From Felis catus (lineage: Eukaryota): a stretch of 64,000 nt of DNA. The notes below the pieces were generated by a model that saw only the letters and a list, made by a program, of their open reading frames with translations, did not search any database and was not told the origin of the DNA. The stretch covers positions 181,786,001 to 181,850,000 of the forward strand of contig NC_058368.1 in NCBI RefSeq assembly GCF_018350175.1, read 5' to 3'. The position numbers were made by a program, and so were the translations under genes. Of the stretch, positions 51,231 to 64,000 are shown piece after piece (within the stretch, counting starts at the first letter, position 1; every line of letters begins with the position of its first letter).

Positions 51231-52749
51231 CCTCATTGTTTTAGGAAAAAAATTTAAAAAGTGACATTGTAAAAAGTGTGAAATTAACCCTTAAATGGAA
51301 ACATTTTAAATGAATTTTGAAATTTAGATATTTGAAAACAAGGGATTTTTGTTATATTTTCCCTGTGGTAATATTGCTTTAATTTTTAAAGCAACCACTT
51401 GTCTACTTCATGTCTCTGCTTTGATATTTGCCCATATTGCACAGTGATTTGCCTATGCTTCTTTAGTGCCATAGTAAAATCAGACTTCATTTTATTTTTC
51501 ATTTCATGTGCAGAGGATATACTCCCGAAATTTCTCTAGTATTTCCATAGTGCCTTCTCGATCTTAAGTCTCTGTTAGAAGGTTCCCAACATGTTTTTAC
51601 AGCTATTTATCAAGAGTTTAAGTAATTTTTGTTGATGTAATCATTCTTTACAATGAGCAATTTTTAAGTTCACCTAGGTAGCATGCCAGCATGGTAACTT
51701 ATACCTGATGAGCAATGGCTATTTTACACCTTCAGAAAGCAATAGGTGAGGCAGATTTAGTTACAAAACTTGCATATAATGTTGTTTTAATCCTATCCCC
51801 CCCCCCTTTTTTTCATTCATCTGGTGCAGTCCTAAAATGCCCACATCAGGATATATGCAGCACTTAACAACAATATTCAAAACTTCTTTTGTCTCTCGCT
51901 AGGTTAATATTTTATTCTCTTTGAAACACAGAATCCACCTTTCTTCTGGAGAGTAAGAATAGTTCTGTTTTTGCAGAAATCTGTACTGTCTTTTCACCCT
52001 TAAAGCCTGTATATGGGGGTGGGGGGAAGGATGATTTTTATGTTATACAATACATTTTTTTTAAATCCACAATCAGCTGGGTTTCTAGAGATCTGAATTA
52101 TGTGCTAACTACTCTGGTTAATTAGAGTGCTATTTAATTTTTGTAATTCAGCCTGAGCCTGAATAGTGCAAAATCCATTTGACCTGTATCTTACAGTTAT
52201 CCATTTGCCACAAATCTCAGACCTTTTTAATGATGAACTGCTCTGACTGGTAATCACCTTTGGGCCTCCTGTTCTTTCTCTTTACAAATTAAAAAGAAGC
52301 CTGAAAAAACATCCTGGTGCAAGGTGCACAGGCAATAAGGTGAGGTTACAAGAGTAGAAAACTAACAGCAATCCTGAATACTGATGACTAAAAAATGTAC
52401 TGGAACCATCTCCAATCTTCCTCTACTATTTGACAAAGAAGCACATTGAGCTAGATTAACAGGGGATGAACTGGAGAAGGAGTTGTGGGTCACACCCTAA
52501 ATGGGATGTGCTTATGACAGAGAGAGGATTGGATAATCAGATTGTAGTTTTAAAAGATCCTAGGTAGAGAATGAATTAGAAAGGGTGGTTGTTAAAATAA
52601 TATAAATTATAAGCTAGTTTGTTGTATTCCAAACAAGAAAAGATAGTGAGTTGGATATAGAACAGTGGTATTAGAGACTCATTCAAACACTATTTACTGT
52701 GCAGCTGCTATGTGTTAGGCCCTATTTTAGGTGTTGGGAAAAACATTTT

Positions 52750-53273
52750 TATTTATTTGTATGTATGTATGTATGTATGTATGTAATTTTTTAAATTTAC
52801 ATCCAAGCTAGTTAGCACATAGTGCAATAATGATTTCAGAAGTAGAATTTAGTGATTCATCCCCTACATATAACACCCAGTGCTCATCCCAACAAGTGTC
52901 CTCCGTAATGCCCCTTGCTCATTTAGCCCATCCCTCACCCAAACCCCTCCAGGAACTCTCAGTTTGTTCCCTGTATTTAAGAGCCTTTCATTCCCCCCCC
53001 CCGTTTTTTATGTTATTTTTGCTTCCCTTCCCTATGTTCATTTGTTTTGTATCTTAAATTCCACATATTAGTAAAGTCATATGATATTTGTCTTTCTCTG
53101 ACTGATTAATTTTGCTTAGTATAACACACTCTGGTTCCATCTGCATTGTGGCAAATGACAAGATTTCTTTTTTTTTTGATTGCTGAGTAATATTCCATTA
53201 TATATATATATATATACACACCACATAGTGTATATATAATATATACACACACACACCACATAGTATATATTTA

Positions 53274-53305
<32 letters not shown>

Positions 53306-53327
53306 CATATATATATATATATATATA

Positions 53328-53370
<43 letters not shown>

Positions 53371-55468
53371 CACCACATATTCTTTATCCATTCAATAGTG
53401 CTGCTATAAACATTGGGGTGCACGTGCCCCTTCAAAACAGAATACCTGTATCTTTTGGATAAACACCTAGTAGTGCAATTGTTGGGTCATAGGATAGTTC
53501 TATTTTAAATTTTTTGAGGAACCTCCACGTTGTTTTCCAGAGTGGCTGCACTAGTTTGCATTCCTACCAGCAATGCAAAAGGGGTCCTCTTTCTCTACAT
53601 CCTCACCAACATCTGTTGTTGCCTGAGTTGTTAATTGTAGCCATTCTGACAGGTGTGAGGTGGTATCTCATTGTGGTTTTGATTTGTATTTCCCTGAAGA
53701 TGAGTGATATTGAGCATTTTTTCATGTGTCTGTTAACCATCTGGATGTCTTCTTTGGAAAAGTGTCTATTCATGTCTTTTGCCCATTTCTTCACTGGATT
53801 ATTTGTTTTTTTGTTGTTGAGTTTGTTAAGTTCTTTATAGATTCTGGATACTAACTATTTATCTGGTATGTAATTTCCCATCCCATAGATTGCCTTCTAG
53901 TTTTGCTGACTGTTTCCTTCACTGTGTAGAAGCTTTTTATCTTAAACAAATCCCAATAGTTCATTTTTGATTTGTTTCCCTTCCCTCTGGAGACATGTTG
54001 AGTAAGAAGTTGTGGCCAAGGTCAAAGAGGTTTTTTGCATGCTTTCTTCTCTAGGATTTTGATGGCTTCTTGTCTTATATTTAGGTCTTTCATCCATTTG
54101 GAGTTTATTTTTGAGTATGCTGTAAGAAAGTGGTCCAGGTTCATTCTTCTGCATGTCGCTGTCCTGTTTTCCCAGCACCATTTTTTTGAAGAGACTGTCT
54201 TTATTCCATTGGATATTCTTTCCTGCTTTGTCAAAGATTAGTTGGCCATACATTTGTGGATCCATTTCTGGGTTCTCTATTCTGTTCCACTGATCTATGT
54301 GTTTGCTTTTATGCCAGTACCATACTGCCTTGATGGTTATAGCTTTGTAATACATCTTGAAGTCGGGACTTGTGATGTTTCCAGGCTTGGTTTTCTTTTT
54401 CAGGATTGCTTTGGCTATTCATGGTCTTGTCTAGTTCCATACAAATTTTAGGATTGTGTTTTTTAGTTCTGTGAAGAATGCTGGTATTACTTTGATATGG
54501 ATTGCATTGAATGTGTAGATTGCTTCGGGTAGTATTGACATTTTAACAATATTTGTTCTTCCTATCCAGGAGCATCAGGTCTTCTTCCATTTTGTTGTGT
54601 CTTCTTTAACTTCTTTTATAAGCTTTCTTTAGTTTTTAGTGTATAGATTTTTAACCCCTTTGGTTAGGTTTATTCCTAAGTATTTTATGGTTTTTGATGC
54701 AATTGTAAATGGGATCAATTACTTGATTTGTCTTTCTGCTGCTTCATTATTGATGTATAGAAATGCAACTGATTTCTGTGCATTGATTTTATACCCTGCA
54801 AGTCTGTTGAATTCATGGATCAGTTCTAGAAGTTTTTTGGTTGAATCTTTTGGGTTTTCCATTTAAAGTATCATGTCGTTTTCAAAGCGTGAAAGTTTGA
54901 CTTCCTCTTTGCCAATTTGGGTGGCTTTTACTTCATTTTGTTGTATGATTGCTGAGGCTAGGACTTCTAATACTGTGTTGAATAATAGCTGTAAGAGTGG
55001 ATAACCTTGTCATGTTCCTGACCTTAGCGGGGAAAGCTCTCAGTTTTCCCCATTGAGGATAATATTAGGGGTGGGTCTTTCATATATGGCTTTTATGATC
55101 TTGAGGCATGATCCTTCTATCCCTACTTTCTGGAGGGTTTTATAAGAAAGGATGATGTATTGTGTCCATTCCTTTCTCTGCATCTATTGGAGGATCATGT
55201 GGTTCTTACTTTTTTTTTTATTAATGTGATGTATCACACTGATTGATTTGCCGATATTGAACCAGCCCTGTATCCCAGGTATAAATTCCACTTGATTGTG
55301 GTGAATAATTCTTTTAATGTATTGTTGGAACTGGTTGGCTAGTATCTTGTTGAGAATTTTTGCATTCATATTCATCGGGGAAATTGGTCTTTAGTTCTCC
55401 TTTTTAGTGGGGTCTTTGTCTGGTTTGGAATCAAGGTAATGCTGGCCTCAAACAAGGAGTTTGGAAGT
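52750..55468 (-). mobile_element. 5'-truncated carnivore L1 (about 2.7 kb, degraded ORF2 plus 3' UTR) inserted in an L2
   Basis: ORF2 peptides at 55184-55375 (KILNKILAN), 53942-54355 and 53603-53794; TSD ttgggaaaaacatttt 52734-52749 / ttgggaaaagcatttt 55469-55484. Confidence 0.97.
53198..53380. repeat. Compound (TA)n/(CA)n/(TC)n expansion within L1
   Basis: Four (TA)n(CA)nCCA(CA)TA-like units plus (TC)n. Confidence 0.92.
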
Positions 55469-55484
55469 TTGGGAAAAGCATTTT

Positions 55485-56610
55485 AAATACAAATGACAAG
55501 ATTCCTGCTCTAGTAAAGCTTACTTTCTTGTTGGAGGGAGCTGAGAGGGAGGATGAATAAATAAATAATAATGAAATTACTCTAGGGTGATGTGATTCAG
55601 GGGGAGTTGGAGAGGATTTCAGATTGTGAGGTTAGGAAAGAGGTGTTCTCTGAATAGAGGACATCAAATCAAAGCAGTGACTGTTGAAAAAAAAAAACAG
55701 TCACAAAGTATAGTAAGCAGAACCAAGCTTTATATGTTCAAGGAAAAGAAAAAATTGGTGTATCTGGAGCAGAGTAGGAGAGAGGAAAATGTGATGAATT
55801 CAGAGAAATAAGACTTTTTAAGTTGAGTAAGAGTTTAGATATTAAGCAAAGACTTTTATGAAAGAAAATGGCACAATTGAAATTATATTTTTAACAGATC
55901 ACTCTGGTTCCTGAGTAGGTCATGGATTACAGAGGTCAAAAAGAGACAAAGCTACGTCAGTTCTTAAGTTTTTACCCCAGCACAAGTTACAGTGATGGAT
56001 CTAGGGTGAAAAGTAGAGACGGAGAGTAGAGGCAAAATTTGAGAGATTTTGGAGGTAATGTTGACAGCTCCTACTGATGAACTGAATACAGAGGTTTGAC
56101 AAAAGAAACAAAATTAAGGAAAAATTCTATATTTTGGGCGCCAGTAATTAAGTGGATATGGTACCATTTATGAGATGTAGAAACTCATAGGAAAGCAAGT
56201 TCAAAGGGGAAGATGTTCATGTTAACATGCCTATTACAACATCCATTGGGATATATCAGATTGGAAGGTATGGGCATGAGTCTGAAGTTTGGAATAAGTT
56301 CAAAAAAAAGGTGGGGGGAGATATAAATGTCGCACTCACTAGGAAACAGATGGTGTTTTAAAGTATGAAATTAGATGAATGTACAGATAGAAAGGGCCAA
56401 GATTGGAGCCTTTTGTGGTCAAACAGAATAGCAGACATCTGGAAGAGTGAGAAGGGGAATCTATTGGGTTGGAGGAAAACCAGAGTGTGTCATGAGAGTC
56501 AAAAGAAGAAAGAAGTTCAAGAACCAGAGAGGGGATCCACCTTGAGTAATGTTGCTAAGGGTTCAAATGAGGTAAGAGGGGAAAAAAGCGGGTGGTCCCG
56601 AGATTGATGT
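55485..56610 (-). mobile_element. L2, continuation of the element starting about 52675
   Basis: aacagatcactctggttcc; catgcctattacaacatcc; gttggaggaaaaccagagtgtgtcatg. Confidence 0.85.
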
Positions 56611-57224
56611 TGAAGGACTATTCAATCACAGAACTTGAACTGATGTGGTACCTAGATCAAGAGTGTCCCTTAGCCCTTCCCCATGTCACTCTCACTTCTT
56701 TCCAATTTCCCTGCCTCCCTCATAACTCTAGTCTATAATCTCACAAAAACAATCAACAAAAAGTAACAATTTCTATTTTGCTAACCTCTCCATGCCTCTA
56801 ATTTTTCTCCTATATTTCTTATATATCTCTACTTTTCTACTTTTTCACATTATTGCCAGAGCTAACTTCCTAAAACACACATTGGATTCTCCCTTCAAAA
56901 ATCTTCAGCAGCCACTCCTTTGTCTGGCATTACACTAAAAATTTTATCTTCAAATCTTGGCTTGAATGTATGTGGCCCACCAAATGGTCTCTGATTGTTC
57001 CTGCAGAATCATTCTTTCTTCTGCTCTTTCCATAATACAGTGCTTGTACCTATATATAGAACTTTGTAAATTTGACCTTGGGCTGTCTACGTTTCTGTTT
57101 TCCCTATTGCAATGAAAATACCTTAAGAGAAATTGCTAAAAATTTGGATTGAAGCAACAACAGCAACAGAAACAACAACAAAACACAAAACAACAGTAGT
57201 AGGAGCACCAGGTCAAAAACAATC

Positions 57225-57440
57225 ATTAATATGTGAGTGCTTACTATGTGCCAGGCACAAAAGCACAAAATGGATCATTTAATATTTATTGACTTTTGGG
57301 GGCAAGTACTAGTATTATTCTAACTTTACATAGGAGGAAACTGAGGCAGAGAATGATAAGTGGCATGTCCAATGTCAAATGACTATCATGTATACAGCAT
57401 GTGCACATAGAGTAGGATTTGAAGTTTATCTTCTCCCCAA
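57225..57440 (-). mobile_element. MIR
   Basis: gagtgcttactatgtgccaggcac...gaggaaactgaggcagaga. Confidence 0.85.
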
Positions 57441-57835
57441 GTTTATGGGGTCTTCTCCAACAGAATGGGTAGAAATGACCACTGAACTAAGAACCAAAAA
57501 ACCTCATTTCAGAAAGACAAGAGTGATTTAACTTCATTATCATACATTTCTGGTTAAGGGATTCTTTAGCTTCCAAATCAATCAAAACTGCACCTGTAAT
57601 CTGTATCCTAGAGAGTGCGTATGTGGGCATGGGTGGTGGGTTCTTCAATTTGTCATGACCCACACATTCAACTGAGGTCTGCTTATGAGGATAGTTCAAT
57701 TACCAGAATCCAACCTACATGTGTGCCCACGGCATGGTGAATGAGGCTAAAGCTAGCAGCATGATAATGGGGAACAAAATAAAAGCATCCACCAGGCCAC
57801 TGAGCAACAGGAGAATGAATTTACAGAATACTTAC

Positions 57836-57891
57836 CTTAAGGAACCCCGAACACAGCATAGTGTGCAAAGCTTCTGGGTTTGGCCAATTTC
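57836..57891 (-). other. Candidate exon (56 nt)
   Basis: Acceptor tttcccttcattgagcaatag; consensus donor AAG|GTAAGT. Confidence 0.25.
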
Positions 57892-58399
57892 CTATTGCTC
57901 AATGAAGGGAAATTTCATTTCTAATTATGGGTGAACTATTTTTGTAATATTCCCCTATCAGGTCACTACTTCCAATACTGAAATTATTAATTTGGGAAAC
58001 ATTTTGGAAAAGAGTTGAGATTAAGACTGATGGGTGCTATTTTAAAACTATACTCCAAAGAGAGAAGCTGAAATAAGTAAGCCAGTGCATCCTTTGGTAA
58101 GTTGACAGGCAGTGAATTGTAGCAAAAAGAATCAAGTTCCAGGCCAAAATTAAGTCCTATAATAGCTTTATAATCATTTCTATGGCTGCAAAACCTGGTT
58201 CTGTTAGCACAAGGACATTTAGTTTCTATAGGAATTTTGTTTGAATGCCTCTGAATTAGGATAACATTCAAGGAAGAGCTGTGATAGCTTGTCTGTTTTC
58301 ATAAAAACATTTAGACTTGCATTTTCCTTTATTTCCTCTGGATCTTCATTGCCTCATACCTAAGTTACAATAGTCTTTGAACTAGCAGCTTTGACAATC

Positions 58400-59010
58400 A
58401 TTCCTAGATCTACCCGATTCTGTAAGCTGTGACCAATTTATCCTTTCTAAAAACATCACTTGTACCATGCCAGTCACTATCCTCTGTTGCTTAAGAATCT
58501 ACAATGTTTCTCTGCTGTCCACTGAGTAAATTCCATATAATTTAACTTGACATTGAACTGGCCCCACCCTGTATTTTCAAAGTGAAAGTAAATCCTCTCA
58601 GTCCTACTGATTCCAAATTCCTTCTCATCACATAGACATACATATTTGGCTTTTCCTCTTATTCTCTCTCAATCCATTCTTTTTGTTTTTCAATGACTAG
58701 CATAAAATCACTTCCTTAATGAACTTCTTCCAGATAACTCCCTACTCCTTTATTTAGCTATCTATTAATTCAACACCTGTTTTCAATGTAGCACAGAATA
58801 TATGTTTCTAACAATCTTAACTAATTGCCTTACAATTGCACTCATTTTCTTTTCATGTACATGTATTTTCTTCTCAATTAAATAATAAATTCCATCAGGG
58901 AACACAAGGATTTTTGGTTTGTTGTTGTTGTTGATACATGCTTCCCCACACCCTAACACTGTGTGAGGCAAGCAGAAGGAATGTAATAAGTATGTTTTAT
59001 ATGAACTGAA
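58400..59010 (+). mobile_element. L2 3' portion
   Basis: ttatcctttctaaaaacatcacttgtaccatg; ccctaacactgtgtgaggca. Confidence 0.65.
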
Positions 59011-59019
59011 ACATTTTCT

Positions 59020-59250
59020 ACATGGCCGAGTGGAAAGTAGACCAAACTAAGAAGCTGAAAAATAGGTTGTGGTCATGATTCTAGGTAGCAGTTACCAGCT
59101 GTGAGGTGTTGAACAAATCACTTAACTCCTCTAAGACCTAGTTTACAGATTTGCAAGCTAAGGGTAATAACAGTATTTTCCTTGCCTATTACAAAAACAT
59201 TCCATGAAAGATGGAATGAAATAATATATGTAAAAGTATTTTATTTTCCA
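59020..59250 (+). mobile_element. MIR
   Basis: ttaccagctgtgaggtgttgaacaaatcacttaactcctctaag. Confidence 0.75.
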
Positions 59251-59339
59251 AAAAAAGGCCACTCTATATTTTAATATATTTCCACATACAGTGTGGAAAC
59301 CTATCTTCCTCCATCATGGAGATATTTTTTACAATTGAA

Positions 59340-59910
59340 TTTCAGTTGGCTGATAATAGAGAGCAAGTGCAAACAAATGATGCAAAGCAATATGAAAAAC
59401 GAATTACAATATGACCAAACAAAAGCCTATACACAATGGTTCATAGTAGTTTTATTCATAATAGCTCAAAGCTGAAAATAAACCAAACATCTATCAGTAG
59501 GTTAATCACAAGCAAATTGTAGCATATTCATTCAATGGAGTACTACTTAGGAATAAAAAAGAATAGTGAGTTAGGGGGAATGAATCACAAAAGTATCACA
59601 CCAAGCAAAAGAAGTCAGACTTCAAAAAAATACATGTTGTTTGCTTCCATTTAGATAAAATTCATTCTAGAAAAGACAAATTTAACTATACTATCAGGTG
59701 AGCAGATTGGTGGTTAGCTGGTACCAAGGGTGGGAATAGAGATTGACTGGGATGGGGCATGAGAACTTTCTGAAGTGACTGAGATGTTCTATATCTTGAT
59801 TGCCATGGTGATACCATGGGTGTATATATTTGTCAAAAGTTACTGATATACATCTTAAATTGATGCATTTTATTGTGTGTAAATTTTACCTTAATAAAAT
59901 TAAAAAAAAA
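59340..59910 (+). mobile_element. L1ME-like 3' end
   Basis: gttcatagtagttttattcataatagctcaaagctgaaaa...gatgttctatatcttgattg...ttttaccttaataaaa plus A tail. Confidence 0.88.
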
Positions 59911-61195
59911 CATTCATTTGAAATTGATGTGTAACTTCACTGTAGTTCCTGCAGAGAAACAGAGATTGACATGAGTATGAAATATAACCTTATTTTACAA
60001 ATGGGACAAAGAATGAATTACTTCCTTTTTCGAGGAGCACTAAGGATTTTAGCCAACAGGTCGCTACTTTGGCAGCAAAGAAAGCACAATGAGATGGAAT
60101 TTGTTCATGGGCCTTTGAGATCTTATACATCTGCCAGAATTAGATGCATTACTTTTTTTTTCTTGTTGATAGACTAAAATTCCCCCTTTTTCAGGGTTAA
60201 AAGAGGAATATTATTATCTCATTGAAAAAAGGAGTATCTAAGTTCTGATTTCCAGTCCACAAAATGACCTACCCCCACACTGCAGAATTTACATTTCTAG
60301 ACTCTCAAAAAATCAGCAAAAGCTGATAACTGTACAGCTTCTGTACTCTCCAATTATCTCCTTTCAGAGCCAGAACACACAAACAGTTTTTTGCATTTAA
60401 TTAAGTATTGCAATTCCAGATTATCTTTGATTAATGAAGAGCAATACAGCGTATAGCTAGAATTATGTGATTATTTCACAATTGATCTTTAATTATTCCA
60501 TCTGATAATAATTTCACTAATTTTTCATAATGTTCTCATCTAGCTTCTTATAAATGAGCTATAACAATTAATAATTTTCATTAATTTTCCTTGTAAATGA
60601 TGTGAAGTTTCAGATAGAACTCTTAACCTTCAAAACTGTTTTTAAATTTTTAATTAAAGGATAAGCTCAACTATCACATGGGAAAAAATGCATGATTTCT
60701 TCATATATAGCAAGTCAAGTAAACACTCAAGCATTTACTCTTTTTGTTAAGTTTGGAAGTTGGTACCTGGGTGATTGGTACTAAATCTCCTGTTTTCTAT
60801 TCTCTCCTTTCTGTAATTTTCATAACATGGATTTCAGTGTCAGACAGATGTTGGTTTTGTGCCAATTTGACCCTTCTTATATGATTTGGGTGAATTTACT
60901 TAACCTCTCTAAATTACTGCAGCAGACCATTAGGTTGGAAGTTAGAACTTTCAATGGGAATGAGGTAGTATTTTAAGATATGAGATCGGATGAGGTCACC
61001 AAGTGCGAGTGTGTAGATAGAGGGAAGGACCAAGGTCAGAACCTTGAGGCACACCACTCCCAGTCAAGCAGAGCAGGAAACTGAGAAGGAGAAAACTGTG
61101 GGGTTGGAAGACAAACAAAAGGTTGTCAGAGGTTCAAGAAGCCTATAATGTACTAAAGACCCTTAACATTCATTATTCCACTTAACCCCCACACA

Positions 61196-61275
61196 GTACA
61201 TATATTATATGTCACATATAATATGTACATATTATTATATGTCATATATAACATGTATGTATTATTATAAGTCAT
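61196..61275. repeat. About 30-bp AT-rich tandem repeat (about 2.7 copies) inside a MIR
   Basis: gtacatatattatatgtcacatataatat / gtacatattattatatgtcatatataacat / gtatgtattattataagtcat. Confidence 0.85.
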
Positions 61276-61849
61276 CCACATTTTTTGAGGAAAAGAAAGT
61301 ATTGCAAGGTCATCCAGCAAATGTGAGCAGAGCTAAGACCTCAACCTAAAGCTATCTAATTTAGAACTCATTATCATAAATACCATCATATTAATCAAAT
61401 CGTGCACCCATAACATTCATCCTGCTGCCTGACTCCTAGTATTTGTTCATTAAATAGAGACTATCTATTGCTTATTCACTGGTTATAAACACATTAAGTT
61501 TCTCCTGCTATCATCTCTTGCTATATAGATAGACCCTGTGTGCATGGCTCTGACATAGCTTAGGCAGGGAACAATAACGTGACCTGGAGACCATTTGACT
61601 ACAGAATCTGATCTTCTGGCTGTTGGGGCTTGGGGAACCTGTTTGAACTGCTGGAGCTCAAGAAAGGACACAGTAGGACTAATGACTATTGATGAACCTA
61701 TATCTTTGTGCTGAGAATTTCATCCTAATTATATTTAGAGGGTATGACTTCCAAGTTGTTGGAAAATGTATTGCCATTAATTAATGTTTAGAAACCTATG
61801 CATTGATTCCAAATAATGTAAAGTAGAATATTTAAAGTAAAAATATCTG

Positions 61850-62050
61850 CTATTTATTAAGGATGTCCAGTGTGCCAGGAATTGTGGTGAATATTCAATG
61901 TACTTTGATATGAGCATTATTAACCCCATTTTCTACATGAGAAAACTGAGATTTCAAGAGTTTGAGTAACTTGCTGATGGTCACAACAACTAGGGAATGG
62001 GAAAACCGGGACTGAAACTCTGAAACTTACTTCAGACTTAATTCTATACA
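61850..62050 (-). mobile_element. MIR
   Basis: ccccattttctacatgagaaaactgagatt...gtaacttgctgatggtcaca. Confidence 0.8.
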
Positions 62051-63035
62051 GTATGTCCAAAATTGATTGTTGGGTTGAGAAGCAACAGACTGGCTTGTTG
62101 GACATTGAAATTTCCTTGTAGATAAGTGAATTTCCCCCAAGTAGTTAATATAATACTTCAGGAAACTAAAATTTAAAATTGTTATTTTTGGGGGAGTAGA
62201 ACTTTTTCTAAAATTATTACATGCCTTTCTGCAATCTTTAGTAGAGAACGCTAGATAAGGGTTTACATTTCCTTGACAGCAGAAAACATTCATTATAATC
62301 ATCAGTCACGGTACTGTTTCACAGGTGTGAGACCCAGTGGGTTGCAGAGTTAAATGAATGAAACCCATATACTAAGAATCTATTTTCTTCAAAAAATCCT
62401 TCAGTGGTAGCTGACTTTACTTAGGACATTTGCATCTTTCTTTAAAAAATAGGAAAAAAAAGATTATCATATATCAGATCTCTGGAAAGACATAACACAG
62501 CCAAATCTATACAAACTATATTAGGAAATCAAAACTCAAAATATCAGTCTCCCAACCAATTTCCTCCTCCTCTAGAAAGTGATCTTGTTTCATGGTGCTC
62601 CCCTTTCCTTTTGTCTTGTCAACAACAAGAGGCAGAGTGTACTGTAGGATCTCTGCATTAGCAACACAAGGAATAAAATCCTCTTCTTATAGGTCTATAC
62701 TTACAGGTCTTTCTGACTCACTCATATGGAACTTGCTGATGGGGATGGAGTGTCAAAAATCCAGCACCACTGAAGAGAGTTTTAAAGAAAGGATACTTCA
62801 AAACCTGCATATTGTTTATAACCAAAAGTTGGTAACACAGAGCTAGACTGCATGTTCAAAATTAAAAAAAAAAGACTCTTGAATATCCAAAGAGATTATG
62901 TATCTTATACATAATCATTTGACCTATAAATTATAATGGGCTTCAACATTCTCTCAATACAGTACTTTAATATTCTGACCAAGATTAGATCAAGTGTATA
63001 GCAATATCAATACCCATAAAGAAGGCTTAAAAAAT

Positions 63036-63238
63036 GGGGCACTTTGGTGGCTCAGGTGGTTGAGCATCTGACTCTTGATCTTGGCTCAAGTCATGATTCC
63101 AGGATTGTGGGAATGAGCCCCATGTCCAGCTCCACACTTAGCATGGAGCCTGCTTAAGATTCTCTCTCTCCCTCTGCCCCTCTCCCCTGCATGTGTGTGC
63201 TCTCTCTCTCTCTCTCTCTCTCTCAATTAAAAAAAAAA
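63036..63238 (+). mobile_element. CanSINE (older)
   Basis: ggggcactttggtggctcaggtggttgagcatctgactcttgat head, (CT)n, A tail; no clear TSD. Confidence 0.94.
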
Positions 63239-64000
63239 GTGCAGGACATCATCTCTTCTCCCTCATGGTAAACTCTACTTTGTATGACAGCAGATTAGTT
63301 TTATGACCATTCTGAAAGGATCATTCATCAAAGGTACCAAAAGATCAATGAATTGGACAGAAAAGTATAGTCTTTGTTAAATATTTGGCATATTAAAAAG
63401 CTCAGGGATAATGATAACTCCCAATTGCTTAACATTTTCATAAAAATCTAGGGTTTATGGAAGATAAACTGAGGTTCAATTTGACTAGTTCAAAATAAAC
63501 TAGATAGGTTTAATCTATCTTTTAAAACTGTTCAAAAATAAATAAATAAAAATAAATAAATAAAACATGCAAGTGTTTAATTTTATTCAGGTCTTTTCTC
63601 TGAAACACCCATTAAGTGGTTTTTTTTTGTTTTTTTGTTTTTTTTTTTTTTTTGCTGTATGAGTTGTTGGCTTATTTCTCCTGGTTGAATTTAGATTTCT
63701 ATCATGTCTCACTTAAAAACACCAACATTATAGGAATACAATGCTCACCTACCTAGTTTTTATACACATATCCTTCTTTCCTCTCCTAGCCTCTTCCTTC
63801 CTTGCCGTCTCTCTTTCTACCTTCTCTTCCCCTTAGTTTCTCCATCTTTGTCTCTCTCACTGAGAGTCAATTACATACCAGGCACTCTGCCTGGGCTTGC
63901 TCAAAGATACAATTAAAATTAATTTCCTTAGAGGGATACTCTATGATTTTCCTTCAAGTTTGGACTACATACTTGGGGATGTATTTTAAACTACATATTT

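Noticed and set aside
53198..53380. Repeat-spacer-like periodicity (CRISPR-like)
   Set aside because: Dinucleotide microsatellite units in mammalian DNA; no unique spacers or cas genes
53514..55375. Cluster of ORFs on both strands
   Set aside because: Degraded L1 ORF2 and its antisense frames
10013..63238. SINE strand bias (10 minus vs 6 plus) as evidence of host-gene orientation
   Set aside because: Too small a difference to infer a transcription direction

Overview
AT-rich, CpG-poor mammalian genomic DNA, almost certainly felid, judged from four near-identical SINEC_Fc-type CanSINEs and felid-type L1 3' ends. I found no recognisable cellular protein-coding exon, tRNA/rRNA gene, CRISPR array or CpG island; the window reads as intergenic or deep intronic. 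The ORFs with recognisable homology are L1 ORF1/ORF2 remnants; the rest look like chance frames, many inside repeats. Content: the 3' end of a young L1 (1-1580, +), a 2.7-kb truncated L1 with TSD (52750-55468, -), an old L1 lacking ORF2 (about 6330-9700, -), two very short L1 tails, 16 CanSINEs (15 with TSDs), an ERVL MER74-like solo LTR, several hAT/Tigger DNA-transposon fossils, many MIR/L2 relics and microsatellites. I see no novel multi-gene system. The best unexplained signals are: (i) a ~225-bp element with three perfect short hairpins at 38585-38814, with a second copy inside an L2 at 40139-40362 in which all three stems are broken; (ii) enhancer-like unique islands near 33.0-33.5 kb and 46.8-47.15 kb; (iii) candidate non-coding minus-strand exons; (iv) templated-repair scars. 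Repeat family names come from recalled consensus sequences, not from a search, and boundaries of old repeats are approximate.
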